Shown: piece by piece, positions 8,331 through 17,461 of the stretch
Numbering within the stretch: position 1 is the stretch's first letter
Layout of the letters: each line of letters opens with the position of its first letter
NCBI GenBank assembly: GCA_027491415.1
Contig: JAOZFH010000044.1
Span: 1-24,532 of the forward strand
Reading direction: 5' to 3'
Length of the DNA: 24,532 nucleotides
Source: Thermoproteota archaeon
GTDB lineage: Archaea > Korarchaeota > Korarchaeia > Korarchaeales > Korarchaeaceae
Made by a program: the position numbers and the translations under genes
Notes under the pieces: model-generated
What the model was told of the DNA's origin: nothing
Database searches by the model: none
Seen by the model: the letters and a program-made list of their open reading frames with translations, nothing else

Positions 8331-10985
8331 TCACCCCCCTCCGGCGCGCTGGCCGGCCTCCACGAGCTCCAGGACCATTCGGTGGAACCTCTCCAGCATG
8401 GCCCTCCTGTCCTCCATGAGGACCACGTCGCTGAGGCCCTGCAGTACAATCCCGTGGGAGAAGGGTGATGGAACGTTCAGTGGAGGCAGCTCGACCTCCC
8501 TGGCCCTCCCCTCCCTCAGGGACCTCAGGACCAGCTCGGCGGTCTCCACGTCCATGAAGTCCTCCATGATCTCGCGGTACGTCTCCCTCAGGAGGGGGAA
8601 GCCCTCTATGTCCGAGACCGCCTTGAGGAGCGTCTCCGCGCTGGCCTGTTGTCTGCTGACCCTTATCTCGTGCCCCTTGTAGTTCCTCAGGATCATCAGG
8701 CCGCGGGCGGCGACGTGCCGAAACCTCCTCTTGAGGAGTTCCGTGTTCGCCAGGGCCGAGCGGAGGGTGGCCCTCAGCCCGTCGGGGTCCAGCTCGCTCA
8801 GCAGCCCCTGGGGCTCGACCCCCCTCGGAAAGACCAGGGCGAAGCCGTTGTCGGCGACGACCACACCCAGGTTCCTGCCCACCCTCCGCCCGACCAGGTA
8901 GGCCAGCGCCCTCGAGAGCGCGTCGTTCGCCCTCCTGCCCACGAGCGTGTGGAACACGCGGTAGGAGTTCCCGTCCTCTGATAGGTAGGTCTCCACCAGG
9001 ATGACCTCGTCCGACGGAAATTCCTCCAGCCCCAGGGACCGCAGGAAGACCAGCTGCTCCCGGATGTACTCGAATATCGCTCGGGCGGCCTTCTCGTCGG
9101 TCGAGCACTCCCTCGCGATCTCGGCCACGATCTCCCCTTGATCTCGCCCCTCCTCTATCTCTCCGGCTATTCGGGCCCTGAACCTGGCGATCTGAACGGC
9201 GAGATCGTAGCTCAGGGGGAGCATCTCGCTGAACCAGGATGGAACGGTGGGCTTCTGATCGAACGCCGGCCTGACGTACACCTTGAGGCCCTTGGCCCTC
9301 ACGAACTCGTACACCCTCCCGGCCAGAACGAACCTGTCGCCCGGCGAGAGGCGCTCCACGAACTCCTCCTCCAGGTTGCCGATGTACCTGTTGTTCTCGA
9401 CGTTGTAGACCCTGGCCGCCACCTCGTCGGGTATCGTCCCGATGTTGGTGGCGTAGATGACCCTGGCGTACCTCCCCCTCCTCCCGAAGGCCCCCCCGCC
9501 CGGGTCGTACCAGATCTTCCCGTACACCTTGTAGGTCTCCAGCTCCGAGTACCCGCCGGAGAGGTACCTCAGGACGGACTCGAACTCCTCCCACGTCAGG
9601 TTCCTGTACGGGTAGGCCCTCCTGACGAGTTCGAAGGCCTCCCTGGCGTCCCACTTCCTCTCCACCGCCATGCCAGCCAGGTGCTGGGCCAGGACGTCTA
9701 GGGCCTTCTGAGGGATTCTGGCCCTGTCAAGGTGGCCGCTGAGGGCCTCCCTCACCATGACCGCGACCTCGACCGCGTCGTCCCTGTCCACCACGACGAA
9801 CCTCCCCTTGCTGACCTCGTGGAGCCTGTGGCCGGCCCTGCCGACCCTCTGGAGGGCCCTCGTGACGGACTTCGGCGACCCTACCTGGGCCACGAGGTCG
9901 ATGTACCCTATGTCTATGCCCAGCTCCAGGCTTGTGCTCGACACTATCGCCCTCAGCTCGCCCCTCTTCAGACGCTCCTCGACGTCGTGTCTCACGTGCC
10001 TCGACAGCGAGCTGTGGTGCGCGGCTATGGACTCGTCCGCGTCCAAGTCCTCGACCCCCTCATTCAGGAGTTTCTTGAGGTGGAACACGACCCTCTCGGT
10101 CCCACTCCTGGTGTTGGTGAAGATCAGCGTGGTCCTGTGTCTCCTGACGAGGTCCGCCAGGAGCTCGTACATTCTCTGGCTCACGACCGCCGAGGGGGTG
10201 TGTACCAAGTCGTCGACCGGGCACAGGACCTTCAGGTCCAGCGGCTTGGCGTACCTGGCGTCGACTATCAAGCAGTCCCTCGGGCGGCCGTTCTCGTATC
10301 CAACGAGGAACTCGGCCACCACCTCGAGCGGGTTGATCGTCGCCGACAGGCCTATCCTCACGGGCGATCGTCCTGCCAACTCCTCCAGCCTCTCCAGGGA
10401 GAGGCTCAGGTGAACGCCTCGCTTGTTCTCAACCAGGCTGTGGATCTCGTCGACTATGACCCACTCCACCCCCTCGAGGTGCCGCCTGAACTTCGGGGCG
10501 ACCAGGACTATGGCGAGGGTCTCTGGCGTGGTTATCAAGATGTGGGGCGGCCTCCTCAGCTGCCTCTGCCTCTCGCTGGGCGGGGTGTCCCCCGTCCGAA
10601 CGGCGTGCCTGATCTCCTGGGCCTCGATCCCCCTCTCCCGGGCCAGCTGGTAGATCCCCCTGAGGGGAACCTCGAGGTTCCTGTAGACGTCGTTGTTCAG
10701 CGCGCGCAGGGGAGATACGTAGACCGCGTAGATTCTGTCCTCCAGTTCCCCCCTGCTCGCCAGGGAGAAGAGCCTGCTCACGATCCCGAGGAAGGCGGCG
10801 AGGGTCTTCCCGGTGCCCGTGGGGCTGGAGACCAGGACGTTCTTCCCCTCGAGTATCGGGACTACCGCGTACTCCTGTGGGGGAGAGAGCGAGCTGAAGT
10901 TGGCGGAGAACCACTCGGCCACCGTCGGGTCGAGCCTCGATAGCACCTCCTCGTAGCTGTACCTCCTCTCGGCCCAGGAGATCAT
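8331..10985 (-). CDS. lhr: Lhr-family ATP-dependent SF2 helicase
   Basis: SPTGTGKT, RTGDT, LITTPE, DEIH, SAT, HHSSLS, LELGIDIG, QRVGRAGH, NIGTIPD and PSWFSE motifs; 884 aa fits Lhr-core size. Confidence 0.95.
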   Translation of the reverse strand: MISWAERRYSYEEVLSRLDPTVAEWFSANFSSLSPPQEYAVVPILEGKNVLVSSPTGTGKTLAAFLGIVSRLFSLASRGELEDRIYAVYVSPLRALNNDVYRNLEVPLRGIYQLARERGIEAQEIRHAVRTGDTPPSERQRQLRRPPHILITTPETLAIVLVAPKFRRHLEGVEWVIVDEIHSLVENKRGVHLSLSLERLEELAGRSPVRIGLSATINPLEVVAEFLVGYENGRPRDCLIVDARYAKPLDLKVLCPVDDLVHTPSAVVSQRMYELLADLVRRHRTTLIFTNTRSGTERVVFHLKKLLNEGVEDLDADESIAAHHSSLSRHVRHDVEERLKRGELRAIVSSTSLELGIDIGYIDLVAQVGSPKSVTRALQRVGRAGHRLHEVSKGRFVVVDRDDAVEVAVMVREALSGHLDRARIPQKALDVLAQHLAGMAVERKWDAREAFELVRRAYPYRNLTWEEFESVLRYLSGGYSELETYKVYGKIWYDPGGGAFGRRGRYARVIYATNIGTIPDEVAARVYNVENNRYIGNLEEEFVERLSPGDRFVLAGRVYEFVRAKGLKVYVRPAFDQKPTVPSWFSEMLPLSYDLAVQIARFRARIAGEIEEGRDQGEIVAEIARECSTDEKAARAIFEYIREQLVFLRSLGLEEFPSDEVILVETYLSEDGNSYRVFHTLVGRRANDALSRALAYLVGRRVGRNLGVVVADNGFALVFPRGVEPQGLLSELDPDGLRATLRSALANTELLKRRFRHVAARGLMILRNYKGHEIRVSRQQASAETLLKAVSDIEGFPLLRETYREIMEDFMDVETAELVLRSLREGRAREVELPPLNVPSPFSHGIVLQGLSDVVLMEDRRAMLERFHRMVLELVEAGQRAGGG

Positions 10986-11071
10986 TCAAGCCGTCACCCG
11001 CCGCGGGGTATATTGAGGTTGGCGGCGGGCGGCGCCGCTCGGTCCGGCGGTCTCCCCGTCAAGGGGGCGTC

Positions 11072-11815
11072 TCAGCCACGCAGTCGAATCAGGGCCTTCT
11101 CCGAGTAGGGCCTCAGGTCTCTCGTGCCGCCTCCTTCGGCCACCACCCTCATGGCGGAGTGGGGATCCGTGAACCTGACGCCGGCGAGCGCGGTGACCCC
11201 CCTCGCCTGGAAGGGCTCCGGGACCAGTGGGACGCTCGGGCCGACTACGACCCTCTCCCTGGCGTCGGAGGAGAGTTCCAGAGCCCTCTCGAGGGTCTTG
11301 TTGGGGATCGTGGAGCCGGTCGCGAGGAGGACGGTGCACCTGGGGGCCAGCTCCTCCACGGCCCAGTCGGGGAGTACCCCGCGGGAGATCTTAGGCGGCC
11401 TCTCCAGCACCCACAGCTCGGCCACGGCGGCCCTTATCCTGTCGAGGTAGGGCTGTGGGAAGCCGCCGAGGACGCACACCCGATCGTCTTGCCTCAGGTC
11501 AACCTCGTCGAGGGGGTCGGCTCGCCGGTACTCCCCGGGATCGGCGGCGGCGGAGAGGGTGGCAACCCCGATGGAGGACTCGACCCCGGTCGGAGAGAAC
11601 GCCAGCCTCGCCAACTCGTCGGCGCGGCGGCCCCTGGCCCCGCCCGGCGGGGGAGTCCTCTCTGCGCTCCTCCCCTCCAGGACCGTGTAGCACACTCCCA
11701 GCCTGTCTCGATCGAGGAGGACGCCCGTGTAGGGGAAGCTCACCGCGAGGTCGCTGATCGTTGACTCCCGGAGTTCACCCTCCAGCACGCCGTATATCTC
11801 CCTGAGCAGGTCCAC
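11072..11815 (-). CDS. DUF364/Rossmann-like domain protein (putative metal handling)
   Basis: ESSIGVAT..A, LATGSTIPNKT and VVGPSVP..P match the DUF364 pattern as I recall it. Start moved to GTG 11815 on the basis of a TATA-like TTTATT at about 11840-11845 on the minus strand. Confidence 0.75.
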   Translation of the reverse strand: MDLLREIYGVLEGELRESTISDLAVSFPYTGVLLDRDRLGVCYTVLEGRSAERTPPPGGARGRRADELARLAFSPTGVESSIGVATLSAAADPGEYRRADPLDEVDLRQDDRVCVLGGFPQPYLDRIRAAVAELWVLERPPKISRGVLPDWAVEELAPRCTVLLATGSTIPNKTLERALELSSDARERVVVGPSVPLVPEPFQARGVTALAGVRFTDPHSAMRVVAEGGGTRDLRPYSEKALIRLRG

Positions 11816-11837
11816 GCCGCCTCGGTGCCGTGGAGAT

Positions 11838-11880
11838 CCAATAAATCGAGGCGCCTGTGGGACGCCCACACTTTTTACGA
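11838..11880. promoter_or_regulatory. Divergent TATA boxes for the DUF364-like gene (-) and moeA (+)
   Basis: AATAAAT (minus ATTTATT) at about 11840-11846 and CTTTTTA at 11871-11877, each about 25-30 nt from its start codon. Confidence 0.55.
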
Positions 11881-11906
11881 CCCAGCTCGGGAGCGGTCCG
11901 AGGCCG

Positions 11907-13184
11907 ATGAGCCACGTCTGGAGGGGATTTCAGAGGCTCACGAGGGTCGATGCGGCCAGAGACTCATTCTTCCGCTCAGTAAAGCTTGAGCCGACTGAGC
12001 CAGAGGAGGTCGCGCTCTCAGAGGCCCTCTGGAGGGTGCTCGCGGAGGACGTGAGCGCCCCGGCTGACGTCCCTCCCAGGGCGAGGGCCGCCCTCGACGG
12101 ATACGCGGTGAGGTCCACGGACACCCTCGGAGCCTCTCCAGAGTCTCCCATAGTGCTAAGGGTCGTGGGCGAGGTCAGGGCCGGGCACCCGCCAGACTTC
12201 GGCCTCTCCGCGGGGGAGGCCGCCAGGATATTCACGGGCGCATACCTTCCGGAAGGCGCGGACGCGGTGGTCCCGGTGGAGGACGCCGAGGAGCTGGGGG
12301 AGTCCGTGGAGATCTACACACAGGTTCCAGCGTGGAAGAACGTCGCCAGGCCGGGAGAGGACGTGAAGAGGGGAGAACTCGTTCTGAAAGCTGGGACGCC
12401 CCTGGGCCCGTACGAGATCGGCCTGCTGGCCGAGCTGAACATCCCCAGGGTTCCGGTGAGGAGGAGGCCGAGGGTCGCTCTGGCCTGCACGGGAGACGAG
12501 ATAGTCGAGGTCGGCGGGGATGTCCCCTTGGGGAAGGTCCCAAACTCCCTCAGGTTCATCGTGGAGGCGATGATCAGGCAGGCGGGCGGGGAGCCCACCT
12601 ACCTCGGGATGGTCGAGGATGAGCCGGACGAACTCATCCGAGCCGTAGAGTCGGCGAGGGACGCCGACCTGATCCTGACGACGGGAGGCACCAGCGTGGG
12701 AAAGGCCGACATGGTGTACAGGGCCGTCCTGGAGGCCGGCGGTGAGATGGTTGTGCACGGGGTCGCCGCCATGCCCGGGCGTCCAGCCCTCTTGGCGAAG
12801 CTCCCCGACGGGAGGCCGTGGATCGGTCTGCCGGGTTACCCGGTCGCCGCCGTGGTGGACTTCAGGCTGTTCGCCGCACCGGCAATCTGGAGGCTCCTGG
12901 GCCTCAGGTGGAGGCCCCTGGCCCCCGGGGTGAGGGCCAGGCTGGTCGCGCCGATCCCCTCATCTCCGGGCGTCAGGCACTTCGCCAGGGTCAGGCTGAC
13001 GCTGTCTGAGGCCGGGGACCTGCTGGCGGAGCCCGTCAGGGTGAGCGGGTCCGGGATACTCAGCTCCCTCGTGAGGGCCGACGGCTTCGTGGAGGTTCCG
13101 GAGGATGTGGAGGGATACCCGGAGGGCTCGGTGGTCTGGGTCGAACTGCTGACCCCATACGAGAGGTGGAGGGAATGGATCTGA
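11907..13184 (+). CDS. moeA: Molybdopterin molybdotransferase MoeA
   Basis: DGYAV, IFTGAYLPEGADAVV, GEDV, TGDEI, TGGTSVG, PGRP, GLPGYP and SSLVRADG motifs. Confidence 0.95.
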   Translation: MSHVWRGFQRLTRVDAARDSFFRSVKLEPTEPEEVALSEALWRVLAEDVSAPADVPPRARAALDGYAVRSTDTLGASPESPIVLRVVGEVRAGHPPDFGLSAGEAARIFTGAYLPEGADAVVPVEDAEELGESVEIYTQVPAWKNVARPGEDVKRGELVLKAGTPLGPYEIGLLAELNIPRVPVRRRPRVALACTGDEIVEVGGDVPLGKVPNSLRFIVEAMIRQAGGEPTYLGMVEDEPDELIRAVESARDADLILTTGGTSVGKADMVYRAVLEAGGEMVVHGVAAMPGRPALLAKLPDGRPWIGLPGYPVAAVVDFRLFAAPAIWRLLGLRWRPLAPGVRARLVAPIPSSPGVRHFARVRLTLSEAGDLLAEPVRVSGSGILSSLVRADGFVEVPEDVEGYPEGSVVWVELLTPYERWREWI

Positions 13185-13933
13185 GGGTCCTGCTGGCAGC
13201 GATGGGGGGCCTGGGGATAGGGGCTGTGAGCGCGATGACGGGGACGGGAGGGGGCACCCTCCTCGTGCCTCTCTACACACTCGTACTCGGCATGGAAATG
13301 AAGTCGGCCGTCGCGACCAGCCTGATGACGATGCCGCTCACGGCGCTGAGTTCCATACTCGTCTACCGAGAGATAATCGACTACAAGCTGGGTCTAGCCC
13401 TCGAGGCCACGACGACCGTGGGGGCATACCTCGGAGCCAAGGCGGTGACATCCATCCCGGAGGGGGCTCTCAGGATGGCGTTCGCCGTCGTCCTGGGATT
13501 CGTGGCCTTCAACATGCTTCGCAAGAGGGAGTCATCCGACGATGCTGGGCTCAGGCGAGGCTGCTCGCGGCTATTCACCGCCATGGGCGTGTCATTTCTG
13601 GCGGGGGCCTTCAGCGGGATGCTGGGGATAGGGGGAGGAACGATCAAGGTCCCCATACTCGTGCTCGTATGCGGCACCGGCGCCAAGACGGCCGTCGCGA
13701 CATCCATGTTCATGATAGCGATCACCTCCACGGTGGGAGCGTCGACCCACTACCTGGAGGGGAGGGGGCACCCGCTGATCGCGCTGATCACGGCCACCGG
13801 GCTCGTGGTGGGCGCCAGGGCGGGGGCGAAGAAGGCGATGGGACTTAGAGGGACCACGGTCAGGAGGATATTCGCGGCGTTTCTCATGCTGGTGGCCCTG
13901 AGGATGGCCCTACAGGCGTGGGGGATAATATGA
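13175..13933 (+). CDS. TauE/SafE (TSUP) family sulfur-compound transporter
   Basis: Duplicated GxGGGx..VP motifs (GTGGGTLLVP, GIGGGTIKVP), AVATS twice, about 8 TM helices; ATG 13175 follows GGAGGG. Confidence 0.9.
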   Translation: MDLRVLLAAMGGLGIGAVSAMTGTGGGTLLVPLYTLVLGMEMKSAVATSLMTMPLTALSSILVYREIIDYKLGLALEATTTVGAYLGAKAVTSIPEGALRMAFAVVLGFVAFNMLRKRESSDDAGLRRGCSRLFTAMGVSFLAGAFSGMLGIGGGTIKVPILVLVCGTGAKTAVATSMFMIAITSTVGASTHYLEGRGHPLIALITATGLVVGARAGAKKAMGLRGTTVRRIFAAFLMLVALRMALQAWGII

Positions 13934-15933
13934 GAGATGGAAGGAGGATCTTTCGGAGCCTCAGCTCGGTTGACCAGGTGAGATCGGAGATCTGGGCTCG
14001 GCTTAGGGGGTTCGAGAGGAAGGTCGAGGAGATCCCCCTCGCAGAGGCTCTGGGAAGGGTGCTGGCCAAGGACATCGTCTCGCCGGTGGACATACCGGGG
14101 TTTGACAGATCCACAAAAGACGGATACGCGGTTCGGGCCGAGGATACCTTCGGAGCCGATCAGGAGAATCCCGTCTCCCTCAGAATCTTGGGCGTTGCCT
14201 CGGCCGGGCACCCGTACCGCGGGACGGTGGGTGAGGGAGAGGCCGTGGAGATAGCGACGGGGGCGCCCGTCCCCCCCGGCGCCGACGCCGTCGTCATGGT
14301 GGAGTACACCCGCCGGCTGGGGGATGTGGTTCAGGTGTATCGGGCCGTGGCGCCCGGGGAGAACGTTCAGTCGGCCGGAAGGGACATCAACCTCGGAGAG
14401 ACCCTGGTCTGGAGTGGGGACGTAATCGGGCCGAGGGAGATCGGGGTACTCGCGGCCGCGGGGATCGATCGGGTCAAGGTCTACTCACGCCCCCGGGTCG
14501 CGGTGATCAGCACTGGAGACGAGCTGACGCCGCAGGGGGTGGGCCTAGAGTACGGGAAGATCTACGACATCAACGGTCCCGCGCTTTGCGCCTCGATAAG
14601 GGAGGACGGCGGAGAGCCTGTATACATGGGGATAGCCGGGGATGAGGAGTCGGAGATCGCGAGGCTGATAGAGGAAGGTATTTCCAAGGCCGATCTGCTG
14701 GTGGTGTCGGGGAGCACAAGCGCCGGCGCCGGAGACGTGATCTACAGGGTACTTGACGGGATCGGAGAGCCGGGGGTGTTCGTCCACGGGGTGGCGATGC
14801 ACCCCGGGAAGCCGACGGTCGTGGCTCAGATTGGTCGAAAGCTTGCGTTCGGCCTTCCCGGAAACCCCACCAGCGCCATGACTGCGTACAGGATCTTTGT
14901 GGGTCCCGTGATCAGGTACCTAGCGGGGCTCGAGCCGGAGCCCGAGTCGATGAGGATCAGGGCCACCTTGGCCGAGCGGACGAGGGCCGCTAGGGGGAGG
15001 CGCGACTTCCTGCCCGTCCACCTAGTCAGGGATGCAGAGGGGAACGTCCTGGCGTTTCGCGTTCCCGGCGGGTCCGAGGCGATAACCACCTTCTCTCGCG
15101 CCGACGGGATACTGGAGGTTCCGGAGGAGGTGGAGTATCTGGAGCAGGGGGAGCCCGTGATTGTGACACTCTTAGATCCCGAGAGGGGGCCCGCCGATCT
15201 GTCCATCGTGGGGAGTCACTGCCTAGGCCTGGAGGAGCTCCTCAGGGTGGCGAGGCCAGGGCTCGGGGGGAGTCGAGTTAAAGTCGTCAGCGTGGGCTCG
15301 ACAGGCGGCTTCCTCGCGGTGAGGAAGGGGGAGGCGGACGTGGCGGGCGTGCACGCGCTGGACCCTTCCACTGGAGAGTACAACGTCCCCTTCCTGAGGT
15401 CGATGGGCGTCTCCGAGGTCGCGATCCTCGTGAGGGGGTACGTCAGGGTGCAAGGCCTGATTGTAGCGCCGGGCAACCCCAAGGGGATCAGGGGTGTGGA
15501 GGACCTGCTGAGGCCCGACGTCCGGATGCTGAACAGGAACCCCGGGTCCGGCACCAGGATCCTGATGGACTGGCTGACCGAGGAGCTGGCCAGGGAGCGG
15601 GGCGTCGACGTGGAGGAACTCAGGTCCTCCATCCGGGGGTATCGGAGCGCGGCCAAGTCCCACGCCGCCGTGGCCTCGGCGGTCAAGGCCGGGCTCGTTG
15701 ACGTCGGCCCAGGTATAGAGGCCGCCGCGAGGCTGCGGGGGCTGGACTTCATTCCGCTCTGGAGGGAGCGGTACGACTTCCTAGTGAGGATTGACCGCCT
15801 GCCCAAGCGCGAGGTCCAGGCGCTCCTAGAGACCCTGAGGTCCGTCGCGTTCCGGAAAGCCCTGGACCGGCTCCCCGGCATAGAAGCCGACGAGAGGACC
15901 GGTGAAGTGATCCACGATCCGCGGCGGACCTAA
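13930..15933 (+). CDS. moeA: MoeA fused to C-terminal periplasmic-binding-protein-like domain (archaeal MoeA-PBP)
   Basis: MoeA motifs (FDRSTKDGYAV, STGDEL, GLPGNPTSA) followed by GSHC, VGSTGG, GNPKGI and NRNPGSGTR of the PBP domain; ATGA overlap with the upstream gene. Confidence 0.93.
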   Translation: MRDGRRIFRSLSSVDQVRSEIWARLRGFERKVEEIPLAEALGRVLAKDIVSPVDIPGFDRSTKDGYAVRAEDTFGADQENPVSLRILGVASAGHPYRGTVGEGEAVEIATGAPVPPGADAVVMVEYTRRLGDVVQVYRAVAPGENVQSAGRDINLGETLVWSGDVIGPREIGVLAAAGIDRVKVYSRPRVAVISTGDELTPQGVGLEYGKIYDINGPALCASIREDGGEPVYMGIAGDEESEIARLIEEGISKADLLVVSGSTSAGAGDVIYRVLDGIGEPGVFVHGVAMHPGKPTVVAQIGRKLAFGLPGNPTSAMTAYRIFVGPVIRYLAGLEPEPESMRIRATLAERTRAARGRRDFLPVHLVRDAEGNVLAFRVPGGSEAITTFSRADGILEVPEEVEYLEQGEPVIVTLLDPERGPADLSIVGSHCLGLEELLRVARPGLGGSRVKVVSVGSTGGFLAVRKGEADVAGVHALDPSTGEYNVPFLRSMGVSEVAILVRGYVRVQGLIVAPGNPKGIRGVEDLLRPDVRMLNRNPGSGTRILMDWLTEELARERGVDVEELRSSIRGYRSAAKSHAAVASAVKAGLVDVGPGIEAAARLRGLDFIPLWRERYDFLVRIDRLPKREVQALLETLRSVAFRKALDRLPGIEADERTGEVIHDPRRT

Positions 15934-15947
15934 TGGGAAACGGAGGC

Positions 15948-16508
15948 TCACCCACCGCTTCCGTGGCCGTCGGCGTGCTTGTGCCTGTACCCTCTCGCGA
16001 CCCACACTGCGTGCTCGGCTTCCGGGAGGATGAGCCTCTCCAAGGCGAGCCGGATCCCGTCTGGAGATCCCGGGAGGCAGAACACCACTGAACCGCCGAT
16101 CACCCCGGCTGTGGCCCTTGAGAGGAACGCTGCGGGTCCCACCTGCTCGTAGCTGAGCATCCGAAAGAGCTCTCCGAATCCGGGGAGCTCCTTTGTAAAA
16201 GCTGGCCGCACGGCCTCTACCGTGACGTCATTCGGGTGGGGACCGGTGCCTCCAAGGAAGAGCACCACGTCGACCTTGCCTGCGGCCGCCCTGAGCGCCT
16301 CACCTATTTCCTCCAGCGAGTCTGGCAGCACGTCCCTCTCGACGACCCGGTGACCGGCCGACTCGACGAGGCTAACCGCGAGGTCTCCGCTCTCGTCTAC
16401 GAAGGCCTCTCCACGCGACTTGGCGGCGTGTCTCGAGGAGCTGACCACGAAGACGGCGAAGGTGAGCTCAGACCTGGCGCGCTCCCTGTGGCGATCTACG
16501 GACCTCAC
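15948..16508 (-). CDS. moaB: Molybdenum cofactor biosynthesis protein MoaB/MogA
   Basis: DESG, GGTG...DVTVEA, PGFGELFR, SRATAG and LPGSP motifs. Confidence 0.93.
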   Translation of the reverse strand: MRSVDRHRERARSELTFAVFVVSSSRHAAKSRGEAFVDESGDLAVSLVESAGHRVVERDVLPDSLEEIGEALRAAAGKVDVVLFLGGTGPHPNDVTVEAVRPAFTKELPGFGELFRMLSYEQVGPAAFLSRATAGVIGGSVVFCLPGSPDGIRLALERLILPEAEHAVWVARGYRHKHADGHGSGG

Positions 16509-16581
16509 GGCCGGCGCTCCTAGGAGGGTAGGTATTCAACTTATCGTGCGTCGATCCGGAGTGGTCAGGGGGGTCTCAGCG

Positions 16582-16657
16582 AGGGGCGGGCTCAGCGTGA
16601 GCTGGGATTCACATCCCTCGTTCGAATGATGTTCGCTCCAATCATCGCCGCGCCCCT
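16582..16657 (-). ncRNA. Box C/D-like methylation guide sRNA, predicted target 23S rRNA domain V
   Basis: Minus strand reads AGGGGCGCGGC-G-AUGAUU...AUGUGA-AUCCCAGCUCACG-CUGA-GCCCGCCCCU: terminal stem, variant C box, exact D box. The 11-nt guide is complementary to the conserved rRNA sequence CGUGAGCUGGG. TATA-like TTAAAAAG at 16685-16678. Confidence 0.75.
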
Positions 16658-16708
16658 ATCGGTCGGCCCATCTCGGGCTTTTTAATTCGAGTCGGGCAAC
16701 CCGTCGCG

Positions 16709-17443
16709 ATGGCCGCCGACGGGCTGAGCCTAGAAATCCGGGAAGTGGATCGGGCGGAGGGCATCGGCCTCATCGAGTATCTGCTGTCGCCAGTCAAGGA
16801 TCCGTGGAGCGTCTTCAGAAAGGCCACGAGGCGGCCCAGCCTGAGGCTGTTCCTGCTGGCGGCCCTGATAGTGTCCGCCATGGGAGCTGCTGGCGGCGTC
16901 ATCTCGGCCTCCAGGACTGAGTACAGATTCGTCAACCTCCCCGAGGGCGTCGACCCAGCGCAGATCCAGGCCGCAGCGAGGGTGTTCAGCGGACCGGCCT
17001 TCGTGGGCGCGACGTCGTTCGTCTCTGGGATGGTGGTCGCCCTACTGGCGGGCGGACTCGCCCACGTCGTCGCGAGGCTGGCCGGAGGAGAACCCGTGAA
17101 CCTATCCACCACGCTGACCTGCTTCGGGGCGGTGTACCTGACGGAGGGCGTGAAGTCACTGATAGATGTGGTCGGCCTGCTTCAGACCCTGCCCGGGAGG
17201 ATCGTCATCACGATAGACCTCGCCAACCCCTACTCGGCGCGCGCGGGCGACGTAGCGAAGCAGTTCCAAGCCACGCCCGTGTCGCTCGCCATGTCGGGTC
17301 TGGTGGCTGTGTGGCAGTGGTTCCTCCTCACAGAGCTGATGAGGACGGTATTTGGCCTGGGCCGGGGCGAGTCGGCGGCCGCCGCCGCGGTTCTGGTCCT
17401 GCTGAAGTTCATCCCGCTGTTCGCCGACCTCGCGCTGTGGTGA
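16709..17443 (+). CDS. Yip1-domain membrane protein
   Basis: LSPVKDPWSVFRK N-terminal pattern, about 5 TM helices, AHVVARLAGG motif; first gene of the operon with tmcA. Confidence 0.7.
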   Translation: MAADGLSLEIREVDRAEGIGLIEYLLSPVKDPWSVFRKATRRPSLRLFLLAALIVSAMGAAGGVISASRTEYRFVNLPEGVDPAQIQAAARVFSGPAFVGATSFVSGMVVALLAGGLAHVVARLAGGEPVNLSTTLTCFGAVYLTEGVKSLIDVVGLLQTLPGRIVITIDLANPYSARAGDVAKQFQATPVSLAMSGLVAVWQWFLLTELMRTVFGLGRGESAAAAAVLVLLKFIPLFADLALW

Positions 17444-17461
17444 CACGCTGGGGGATCTCAA

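Noticed and set aside
8236-10943. Long alternative ORFs within lhr (472 aa minus, 403 aa plus)
   Set aside because: Shadow ORFs expected from high GC and codon bias; no motifs.
16560-16660. Moco/Wco riboswitch upstream of moaB
   Set aside because: Better explained as a C/D guide sRNA (D box, rRNA complement), and moaB has its own promoter-like tract at about 16531-16545.
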